32,000 nt of DNA from Gaiellales bacterium (GTDB taxonomy: Bacteria > Actinomycetota > Thermoleophilia > Gaiellales > Gaiellaceae): contig JAXLSU010000002.1 in assembly GCA_046330455.1 (NCBI GenBank), forward strand, positions 297,837 to 329,836. Direction: 5' to 3'. Below, piece by piece: positions 9,152 through 15,658 of the stretch; positions within the stretch are counted from its first letter, which is position 1; each line of letters begins with the position of its first letter. The notes below the pieces were generated by a model, which was not told the DNA's origin, did no database searches, and saw only the letters and a list, made by a program, of their open reading frames with translations. Position numbers and translations under genes: made by a program.

Positions 9152-9709
9152 TCAGTTCACGGACGGGTCGGGCGGCATCGTGGCCAGCAGCCTGAACTGA
9201 CCGCCCTTGCGGTCGAGTGCGACGCTCCAGAGGTCGACCGGCGCATCCGGAAACACATCGGAGACCGTCGCCGCCTCGACGATCCAGGCGCCCTCCTCGA
9301 GCTCACCCTCGAGCTGACCGGGAGACCAGCCCGAGTATCCCGCGAAGACCCTGACGCGGCGGACGACTCCCGTGAGCGTGGCCGGGTCGACATCCGCACG
9401 GAGGTAGCCGACGTTCTCGAAGGCGATCGCCGCCGCCTCGGACGGGTCGTCGAGCTCCGCGAGGGCGACCACGGCCTCGGGCTGCACCGGCCCTCCGACC
9501 GACACGCACGCGTCCTCGCCGGCGAGGATGGCGAGGTTCGGGACCGCGTCGGCCACCGACACCTCGGACGTCCGGTTGAGGACGACGCCCATGGCTCCCT
9601 CCTCGGAGTGCTCGGTGACGAGCACCACCGTGCGGCGGAAGTTCGGGTCGAAGAGCGCGGGCGAGGCGATCAGGAGCTGCCCGCGCAGCGACTCGGTCCT
9701 ACCCTCCAT
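9152..9709 (-). CDS. YqgE/AlgH family protein (UPF0301)
   Basis: From the ATG at 9709: MEGRTESLRGQLLIASPALFDPNFRRTVVLVTEHSEEGAMGVVLNR...VGGPV...FAGYSGWSPGQLEGELEEGAWI. This is the family signature. The track ORF (to 10069) carries a 120-aa Arg/Ala-rich extension across an intergenic repeat, which I reject. Confidence 0.85.
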   Translation of the reverse strand: MEGRTESLRGQLLIASPALFDPNFRRTVVLVTEHSEEGAMGVVLNRTSEVSVADAVPNLAILAGEDACVSVGGPVQPEAVVALAELDDPSEAAAIAFENVGYLRADVDPATLTGVVRRVRVFAGYSGWSPGQLEGELEEGAWIVEAATVSDVFPDAPVDLWSVALDRKGGQFRLLATMPPDPSVN

Positions 9710-9725
9710 CCCGTGGATTGTGACT

Positions 9726-9772
9726 GCAAGGCGCCGAAGGCGCCGCGCAGCGGACGGGCCGAAGGCCCCAGG
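9726..9772. repeat. 47-bp direct repeat, copy 1 (two nested GAA-loop hairpins)
   Basis: gcaaggcgccgaaggcgccgcgcagcggacgggccgaaggccccagg, identical to 9814-9860. It contains GGCGCC-GAA-GGCGCC and GGGCC-GAA-GGCCC stem-loops. Confidence 0.9.
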
Positions 9773-9784
9773 ACGCGAAGCACC

Positions 9785-9805
9785 GTCGAGCCCGCAGGGC
9801 TCGAC
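9785..9805. repeat. Perfect 9-bp-arm palindrome between the two 47-bp repeats
   Basis: GTCGAGCCC-gca-GGGCTCGAC, read directly from the sequence. Confidence 0.85.
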
Positions 9806-9813
9806 ACAGAACC

Positions 9814-9860
9814 GCAAGGCGCCGAAGGCGCCGCGCAGCGGACGGGCCGAAGGCCCCAGG
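9814..9860. repeat. 47-bp direct repeat, copy 2
   Basis: Base-for-base identical to 9726-9772, with an 88-bp period. Confidence 0.9.
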
Positions 9861-9867
9861 GTATGCG

Positions 9868-10548
9868 TCAGCCGGAGTGCTGCGGCCGGGATCGTTCCGT
9901 CCTCCGGAGCCGCTTGAGCATCCACGCCCCGAGCAGCGCACCGCCGCCGGTCACGACCAGCACGACGACGAGCAGCTCCGTCGGAAACGGCTTCCGGCCC
10001 GTCCAGTAGAGCGTTCCGCGGATCGCCGCCGGCCGGTCGCCGACCGTGATCGGGACCTCGTAGCTCCACAGCTTCGTCCTCGCCGACGGGTCGGCGACGG
10101 CTGCCGGCGTCCCCTGCTCCCGGTACTGGATCCGCCGGTCGAACCAGGCGAGCCGGCCACCGTCACCGACCTGTACCCACTCCGGTGGGGCCGAGGCGTC
10201 GGCGGCTCTGCTCGGCTCGGTCGCTCCCCAGCGGTCGTTGTTCACGTGCAGCGCGGGCGAACGGACGTTCAGATAGACGGGCCCTGCAGACTCCACCCGC
10301 GCATACGGCTCGCCGTCGTACCCCTCGACGATGACCGCTCGACCGCTCCGGTTGACCAGCTCGAGCTGCTCGTCGGAATCGAGCACCCTGACCTCGATCC
10401 CGTCTGCGAGCTCCGCCGGAGCGATCTCCTCGACCACCGACTCGAACGAGTGCGAGCCTCCGTGCGCACGAGCCTGTTCGCCGCCCGCCGTGACGACCGC
10501 GAGCAGCACCCAGACGATGAGCGCGATCCGGCCGCGACGCTCGCTCAA
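9868..10548 (-). CDS. Exported, C-terminally membrane-anchored protein of unknown function (oxidase-operon member)
   Basis: TTG start forms a TTGA overlap with the cytochrome c stop. Signal peptide MSERRGRIALIVWVLLAVVTAGGEQARA|HGGSH, with an AxA site predicted by eye. C-terminal TM segment LLVVVLVVTGGGALLGAWML is followed by KRLRR. Confidence 0.7.
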   Translation of the reverse strand: MSERRGRIALIVWVLLAVVTAGGEQARAHGGSHSFESVVEEIAPAELADGIEVRVLDSDEQLELVNRSGRAVIVEGYDGEPYARVESAGPVYLNVRSPALHVNNDRWGATEPSRAADASAPPEWVQVGDGGRLAWFDRRIQYREQGTPAAVADPSARTKLWSYEVPITVGDRPAAIRGTLYWTGRKPFPTELLVVVLVVTGGGALLGAWMLKRLRRTERSRPQHSG

Positions 10549-11003
10549 GGTGTCGAGCTGCTGCCGCCCGTGATCGCGGCCACGTACTCGGCCACCTGCT
10601 CGGCCTCCGCACCGGAGAGAAGCCCGGGGGGCATCATCCCGGAGCCCGTGCCGCCGGCCTCGATCGCCTGGAGGACTGCGGCCTGATCCGGAGCGAGCGC
10701 GTCGAGATCCGGGCCGGCCGTGCCGCTCGTGCCGGCATCGCTCAGCTTGTGGCAGGAGCCGCAGCTCGTGACGAAGAGCTCCTTCCCGGGCCCTGCGGCC
10801 GCCGGCGGCGGGGCCGGTGCCTCGTCCTGCGTCACGGCGGCCGGCGGCCCGTCGTCGGAGTAGTGGGTTCCGATCACGAAGGCCACGACGAGCGCCGCCA
10901 GCACGAGTGCGCCGAGCCCGATCCCGGTCAGCCAGGCCCGGGTCCTGTCGATCCCGTGCCCCGGGTCGGGCCTTTCGGTCACGCGGGGGTCCGGTTCAGA
11001 CAT
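10545..11003 (-). CDS. Membrane-anchored class I c-type cytochrome
   Basis: N-terminal TM segment (GIGLGALVLAALVVAFVIG), a CGSCH heme-binding motif, and a downstream Met-containing segment GSGMMPPG. A GGAGG lies 6 nt upstream of the ATG, 3 nt after the subunit I stop. Confidence 0.85.
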   Translation of the reverse strand: MSEPDPRVTERPDPGHGIDRTRAWLTGIGLGALVLAALVVAFVIGTHYSDDGPPAAVTQDEAPAPPPAAAGPGKELFVTSCGSCHKLSDAGTSGTAGPDLDALAPDQAAVLQAIEAGGTGSGMMPPGLLSGAEAEQVAEYVAAITGGSSSTP

Positions 11004-11006
11004 CGA

Positions 11007-13013
11007 TCATCCTCCTGTGACTCCGGGGGCGAAGAGGAGCGCCATCCCGACCGAGGTGAGCAGGACCGTCCAGCCGGCAATCCGGCCGAGCAGCGCAGAC
11101 CCGAGCCCGGTCGCGAGCCCGAGCACGAGCATGGCCAGGTGGAACGCGGCGTGCAGGAAGTCGCTGTCGACGAGGTCGTCGTAGACGAGCGGGATCATCA
11201 CGAGCAGCATCACGACGGGTGCGATCAGGGCCACCGCCAGTCCGCCGTTGAGCCGTCCGGGGAAGCGCCGGAGGACTCCCGGCGCCGACCCGATCGCCGC
11301 CCCGAGCATCGCTCCGGCGAAGAACTGGACCGCGTGGGCCAGATGGTGGAACTTGACACTCGCCTCGGAGGCCTCACCGACGGGCGGGTAGAAGACGAAC
11401 AGGGCCGCCACCCCGATCGCGACCACGATCACGTGTCCCCAGTACGAACCGACCATCGGCCGGAAACCCGATCCGGACGCGGCGGCGGCCGCGACCGGCA
11501 ACGACCGGGCCGGCGTCGCTCCCCGCTGCCTCCATGCCTGCCTTCCCATCGCGACGAACTCGGCCAGGATCACGAAGAGGCCGATCAGGAAGATCGCCGC
11601 GAAGATGCTGCCGGCAAGGCTCCAGCCCTCGGTGCCCGCAGGATGGGCGGCCCAGCGCCGGGGGACTCCGAGCGCGCCCGACACGTACCAGACGTAGACC
11701 AGCCCGTACCCGCCGACGAGCATCGCGCTCGGGCCCAGGATCGAGACGCGACGGCTGGCCGTGCGCCCGCTGGCGCGCTCGAGCATGTAGGAGACGAAGC
11801 CGAGCACCCAGAGCGCGGCGCCCATCAGCATGTAGCTGTGGAAGTGGGCCGGAACCCACAGCGTGTTGTGGAAGTGGAAGTTGACCGGGATCCAGGAGTC
11901 GATCACCGCGCCGGCGCCACCGGTCGCCCAGCCGACGAAGCCGAGGAAGAACAGCACCGACGTGAGGTTCCACCGGTAGCGCGAGCCCCAGACCAGCATC
12001 ATCGCCGTGTAGATCGTGACTACCGCTACCGGCAGCGCCGCCGCCGACGAGGCGAGAAGGCCGATCGCGTGGAGCGCGCCCGGCTGGACGAAATCCATGT
12101 ACAGGTGATGCCCGTAGGCCGTCAGGACGAAGGCGATCGTGCCGAGCCAGCCGACCACGAGTGGCTTGGACGTCTTCCACTGCCGCCCGGCGTAGAGCGG
12201 GACGAGGACGTAGATCATCCCCGCGCCGAGGTAGATGATCAGGTTGGCGACGGTGTGGCCGAAGAAGTACGTGACGTTCTTCGCCCAGAGCGCGTCCAGG
12301 ACGATGGTGTCGTCGATCGCCTGGTCGATGAGGGCGACCAGGATCGTCATCCCGACCGCCCCGGCGATGATCCCCTGCAGGCTGACCGCGGCGGCGGCGA
12401 TCGCCTGGGGCGCCGGTGCCTTCGTCGTGCGGCCGGCGAGCCAGCTCAGGCCGAGCGCGCCCGAGAGGCCACCGTACCTCTCCGTCACTGCCTTCAGTGA
12501 ATCGATGCAGTAGATCGTGAAGCTCGTTCCCACCAGTCCCATACCGGACAGGAACAGCACCGTCGCCCAGGTCGACCACATCTCGGCAGACCTGAACGGC
12601 AGCGGGTACAGGAACGTCCAGCCGGCCGCGAAACCGCCGAACACGACCGCGATCAGCACCAGCACCACCCCTGCCAGGGCCGCCAGGAAGGCTGCGACCG
12701 CCCGGCCGGGATCGAGAGCCGGGACGGTGCTGCGCACCACGTACCAGAGCCCGCCCATCATCGCGAGCAGGACGCCGGCGATCATCCCGGACGCGTGCAG
12801 GGTCATCAGCCGGTAGAACCAGTCGTCCGAGATCCCGATCGCCTCGGCCTGGGTCAGGCGCAGCAGTAGCCCGATCAGCGCCATCACCACGAAGAGCACG
12901 AGCCCGGTCGTACCGAACAGCAGCCCGATCCTCCGGCTGTAGGTGCCGATCGGAGGATCCAGCGCCACCGCGTCGGGATGAATCGTGGTCGTGGTCGCCG
13001 CGGAGCTGCTCAC
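11007..13013 (-). CDS. Heme-copper oxidase superfamily subunit I, B-family-like, with about 170-aa C-terminal multi-TM extension
   Basis: I start it at the GTG at 13013 (GTGA overlap with the subunit II stop), giving 668 aa. The track ORF extension to 13571 overlaps subunit II. Ligand motifs present: TLHA, FFGHTVAN, YGHHLYMD, FHFHNTLWVPAHFH. These align by eye with my recollection of T. thermophilus ba3 motifs GHPIVY / FHHQF / HNTAWVPGHFH. The extension (residues about 497-668) has several hydrophobic helices and an HHLAH motif. Confidence 0.85.
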   Translation of the reverse strand: MSSSAATTTTIHPDAVALDPPIGTYSRRIGLLFGTTGLVLFVVMALIGLLLRLTQAEAIGISDDWFYRLMTLHASGMIAGVLLAMMGGLWYVVRSTVPALDPGRAVAAFLAALAGVVLVLIAVVFGGFAAGWTFLYPLPFRSAEMWSTWATVLFLSGMGLVGTSFTIYCIDSLKAVTERYGGLSGALGLSWLAGRTTKAPAPQAIAAAAVSLQGIIAGAVGMTILVALIDQAIDDTIVLDALWAKNVTYFFGHTVANLIIYLGAGMIYVLVPLYAGRQWKTSKPLVVGWLGTIAFVLTAYGHHLYMDFVQPGALHAIGLLASSAAALPVAVVTIYTAMMLVWGSRYRWNLTSVLFFLGFVGWATGGAGAVIDSWIPVNFHFHNTLWVPAHFHSYMLMGAALWVLGFVSYMLERASGRTASRRVSILGPSAMLVGGYGLVYVWYVSGALGVPRRWAAHPAGTEGWSLAGSIFAAIFLIGLFVILAEFVAMGRQAWRQRGATPARSLPVAAAAASGSGFRPMVGSYWGHVIVVAIGVAALFVFYPPVGEASEASVKFHHLAHAVQFFAGAMLGAAIGSAPGVLRRFPGRLNGGLAVALIAPVVMLLVMIPLVYDDLVDSDFLHAAFHLAMLVLGLATGLGSALLGRIAGWTVLLTSVGMALLFAPGVTGG

Positions 13014-13549
13014 GGGGTCACCTCGAACGTGCGAACCATCACGTGATGCCCGACACCGCAGAACTCGAGGCAGGCGAAGACGTAGGTGCCGGGCCTCTCG
13101 AGCGTCAGGCTGAGTCGATTCTCGTAGCCGGGCATCGCCTGGACGTTGCCGATCAGCACCCCGTCCGGGTCGTAGAGGCCGAGACCGTGATTGACGTCGG
13201 TGGCAGTCACGTCGAAGACGACCTCCGTGCCGGCCGGGACCCGATCGGGCTTCACGCTCCAGTTGAACTGGTAACCCGATACCTCCACCGTCATGGCCTG
13301 GTTGGCGGCCTGCCCGTACGGCCTGAAGGCGATCGACAGGGCGACCCCGGTTCCGAGCAGGACGACGAGGAAGATGAGCCAGACCAGCCTCAGGCGGTAG
13401 CCGGTGCGGGTCACGGCGCCGTACTCGACGTTCCGCCGCGCCTGCCACGCGACCGCTCCGAAGATGGCGAGCAGGCAGCCCGAGACCACGAGGAAGCCGA
13501 TCAGGACCGCTATCTGAAAGCCGCCGAAGCTGAGATCCATCCTGCCCAT
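13010..13549 (-). CDS. Heme-copper oxidase subunit II (cupredoxin, CuA site)
   Basis: Two N-terminal TM helices, then a cupredoxin domain with the CuA ligand pattern VNHGLG ... CLEFCGVGHHVM (H...CxExCGxxHxxM). Confidence 0.85.
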   Translation of the reverse strand: MGRMDLSFGGFQIAVLIGFLVVSGCLLAIFGAVAWQARRNVEYGAVTRTGYRLRLVWLIFLVVLLGTGVALSIAFRPYGQAANQAMTVEVSGYQFNWSVKPDRVPAGTEVVFDVTATDVNHGLGLYDPDGVLIGNVQAMPGYENRLSLTLERPGTYVFACLEFCGVGHHVMVRTFEVTP

Positions 13550-13835
13550 GAGTGCTCCCTGCGCCAGTCACCTGGCGGAGACGTTAGTCCTCCCGGGAAG
13601 GACGCTACCAGGATTTCATCCAATAGAGATCGTAACAAACGGTATAACCACAGATTCTCCAGATCGTCGGGTCTCGGCACCCGGTGGGGCTCGTGGAGGG
13701 GCGGGATCTGCCCCCTCCTCCACCCGGCGCCGATCCGGACGAGCGCGCCGGTACCTACCCGGACGGCGACCGCCCAGCCCTCCGGTGCGGCCCCTGCGCC
13801 GAGGCCCGGCAGGGCCGCGCCGTCAGCCACGTCGA

Positions 13836-13882
13836 CCGCTGCGCGGCGCCTCCGGCGCTTGCGAGGGGGCGTACGCGCCCCC
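13836..13882. repeat. Degenerate inverted copy of the first 28 nt of the 47-bp repeat, plus an adjacent GC hairpin
   Basis: The reverse complement of 13836-13863 is cgcaagcgccggaggcgccgcgcagcgg, compared with gcaaggcgccgaaggcgccgcgcagcgg at 9726-9753. The final 15 nt are identical. 13865-13882 (gggggcgtacgcgccccc) forms a 7-bp stem with a 4-nt loop. Confidence 0.55.
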
Positions 13883-14138
13883 GCAGCCGCAGAGCAGATC
13901 GAACAGGCCACTCCAGCGCACGGCGTAAGGGGCCATGGCCAGCCGGGTGAATAGGGAAACCATGGTGGACGCGGCGTGACCGGGAACGAACCACCGGTAG
14001 CTCGCAAACCGTGCGAACGGCCGGTCAGAGATCTCCACACGACGCTCCCGCCCGCCAGCGGGACGAAGGGCGGTCGCCTCTGCCATCCGAGCCTCGTGGC
14101 GATCCGAGACGGCAATCGCGCCGGAAAGGAGACCTGCA

Positions 14139-14762
14139 ATGCGTAGGAACGTGCTGCTGACGGGGTGCTGCCTGGCCGTGCTCGTCCTGGTCGCTGCCTG
14201 TGCCACCGCCCGGTCCGACACGGCTCAGACGGGCGAGCCGGCGACAGCGGCGGTAACGGAGCCGGGGCCCGCCGAGCAGGCGACGATCGAGGAGCCGGCG
14301 ACCCGGGAGGAGGAGCCGACGGAACCGGAGGAGAGCGTCAGCCAGCAGAACGCCCGCGAGAGCGCCGAGTCATACCTCGAGCTCGCGGGCTTCTCGCGCA
14401 AGGGGCTGATCGGGCAACTCGTCTACGAGGGCTACTCGAAGGCCGATGCCCGCTACGCGGTGGACGCCATCGATCCCGACTGGAGGGAGCACGCCGTCAG
14501 GAGCGCGACGAGCTACCTCGAGACCGGCGCGTTCTCGCGCAAGGGGCTGATCGGGCAGCTCGTCTACGAGGGTTACTCGAAAGCTGACGCCGGCCACGCC
14601 GCGGACACCGTCGACCCCGACTGGAACGAGCAGGCCGCCAGGAGCGCCAAGAGCTACCTCGACTACGGCTCGTTCTCGCGGCAGGGGCTGATCGACCAGC
14701 TCATCTACGAGGGCTTCACGCAGGCCCAGGCAGAGTACGGCGTCGACAAGGTCGGGCTGTGA
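14139..14762 (+). CDS. Lipoprotein with three tandem Ltp-family (host cell surface-exposed lipoprotein) repeats
   Basis: Lipobox signal MRRNVLLTGCCLAVLVLVAAC. Three 47-aa (141-nt) repeats follow, of the form A..SA.SYL....FSR.GLI.QL.YEG(Y/F)....A.Y.VD. The marker ttctcgcg recurs at 14391, 14532 and 14673. Confidence 0.8.
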   Translation: MRRNVLLTGCCLAVLVLVAACATARSDTAQTGEPATAAVTEPGPAEQATIEEPATREEEPTEPEESVSQQNARESAESYLELAGFSRKGLIGQLVYEGYSKADARYAVDAIDPDWREHAVRSATSYLETGAFSRKGLIGQLVYEGYSKADAGHAADTVDPDWNEQAARSAKSYLDYGSFSRQGLIDQLIYEGFTQAQAEYGVDKVGL

Positions 14763-14801
14763 GCGTGGCGGAGCCAAACCCGCCTGCCTGCCGGGTTGGA
14801 A

Positions 14802-14874
14802 TGGGCCCGCCTGGATTCGAACCAGGGACCGACGGATTATGAGTCCGCTGCTCTGACCGCTGAGCTACGGGCCC
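14802..14874 (-). tRNA. tRNA with CAT anticodon (elongator Met, or Ile2 if lysidine-modified)
   Basis: Minus strand reads GGGCCCG TA GCTC AGCGGTCA GAGC A GCGGA CTCATAA TCCGT CGGTC CCTGG TTCGAAT CCAGG CGGGCCC A. This folds by hand into a full 73-nt cloverleaf. CCA is not encoded. It lacks the initiator features. Confidence 0.9.
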
Positions 14875-14950
14875 GGACACGCGCAGCGTAGCGCCCCTCG
14901 AGGCGAGACCCGCCGCGGACAGGGCCCGGGTGCCCCGGGACGCCTCCCGG

Positions 14951-14980
14951 TCGACAAACGACCGGGCCAACGGTCACAAT
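14951..14980 (+). promoter_or_regulatory. Candidate sigma-70-type promoter for yjbQ-family gene
   Basis: TCGACA (14951-14956), 18-nt spacer, CACAAT (14975-14980), located about 28 nt upstream of the first candidate start. Confidence 0.35.
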
Positions 14981-15007
14981 ACGGGCGCAGGAACCGCCGG
15001 TGACGTC

Positions 15008-15481
15008 GTGAAGGGGGTCGAGCTCCAAGTGAAGGTCTTCCAGGCCGAGCATCAGGTCCGCACACAGTGCGGCCTCGAGGTGCGCGACATCACCGATGAC
15101 GTCAGGGGCGCCGTCGAGGAGAGCGGGATCCAGAACGGGATCGTCTGCGTCTACTCGCCCCACACCACCTGCTGCGTGCGCGTCAACGAGTTCGAGACCG
15201 GGCTGCTCGAGGACTTCAGCCGTCTCATGCGCCGACTCGTCCCCACCGAGCGCTACTACGCCCACGACGACTGGGATCTTCGCACGGAGAACGTGTGCGA
15301 GGAGGACATGGAGTTCGGGAACGGGCACTCCCACTGCATGTCGCTGCTCATGGGCCCGGCTGGTGAGTCGATCCCTCTGCGCGACGGCGAGCTCTGCCTG
15401 GGGACCTGGCAGCGTGTCCTCTTCATCGAGCTCGACCGCTCGCGCGACCGGCGCTGGCTCGTTCAGGTCGTCGGCGACTGA
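15008..15481 (+). CDS. YjbQ family protein (UPF0047, secondary thiamine-phosphate synthase-like)
   Basis: Family pattern: EVRDITDDVRGAVEESGIQNGIVCVYSPHTTCCVRVNEFE.GLLEDF...P....Y.HD......GNGHSHCMSLLMGP...IPL.DGEL.LGTWQRVLFIELD. The start is ambiguous: GTG at 15008, or GTG at 15029 preceded by AAGGGGG. The track start at 14930 is unlikely. Confidence 0.85.
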   Translation: MKGVELQVKVFQAEHQVRTQCGLEVRDITDDVRGAVEESGIQNGIVCVYSPHTTCCVRVNEFETGLLEDFSRLMRRLVPTERYYAHDDWDLRTENVCEEDMEFGNGHSHCMSLLMGPAGESIPLRDGELCLGTWQRVLFIELDRSRDRRWLVQVVGD

Positions 15482-15551
15482 CCCGGGGCAGCGTCGGGTC
15501 ACTTGCCGGCGCAAAGACGCGGAAGGCCCCGTGTCTGCAGGGCCTCGGTAG

Positions 15552-15624
15552 CTCCCCGGGCTGGACTCGAACCAGCAACCCTCCGGTTAACAGCCGGATG
15601 CTCTGCCAATTGAGCTACCGGGGA
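15552..15624 (-). tRNA. tRNA-Asn (GTT)
   Basis: Minus strand reads TCCCCGG TA GCTC AATTGGCA GAGC A TCCGG CTGTTAA CCGGA GGGTT GCTGG TTCGAGT CCAGC CCGGGGA G. This is a complete 73-nt cloverleaf. CCA is not encoded. Confidence 0.92.
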
Positions 15625-15658
15625 AGGCAGCCGGGAGATTGTAGCCGTCGCGCCGTGC

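Noticed and set aside
9726-9860. The 47-bp perfect repeats as a mini CRISPR array.
   Set aside because: There are only two copies. The 41-bp 'spacer' is itself dominated by a perfect palindrome. The repeats are internally hairpin-rich in a REP-like way. No cas genes or leader are present in the window.
9710-10069. A 120-aa N-terminal extension of the YqgE/AlgH ORF.
   Set aside because: It reads through the 47-bp repeats and palindrome and into the upstream gene. The translation is Arg/Ala-rich, and the family core begins at the ATG at 9709.
13014-13571. N-terminal extension of the 854-aa subunit I ORF across the subunit II gene.
   Set aside because: The extension is Arg/Gly/Pro-rich and overlaps the clearly genuine cupredoxin/CuA ORF in another frame. 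The GTG at 13013 gives a GTGA coupling and a normal subunit I N-terminus.
13572-14138. ORFs in the gap upstream of the oxidase operon (13510..14139 minus, 13823..14221 minus, 13548..13928 plus, 13684..13950 plus), including a faint resemblance of FARFASYRWF to the C-terminal motif of DCC-family proteins.
   Set aside because: All are Arg/Pro/Gly/Ala-rich or overlap the Ltp lipoprotein gene. The resemblance sits in the wrong part of the ORF. The region contains REP-like hairpins. No convincing start or RBS was found.
14763-14930. A genomic-island boundary at tRNA-Met (att-like duplication of the tRNA 3' end).
   Set aside because: I could not find a second copy of the tRNA 3' segment (ggttcgaatccaggcgggccc or its complement) anywhere in the window, and no integrase is present.
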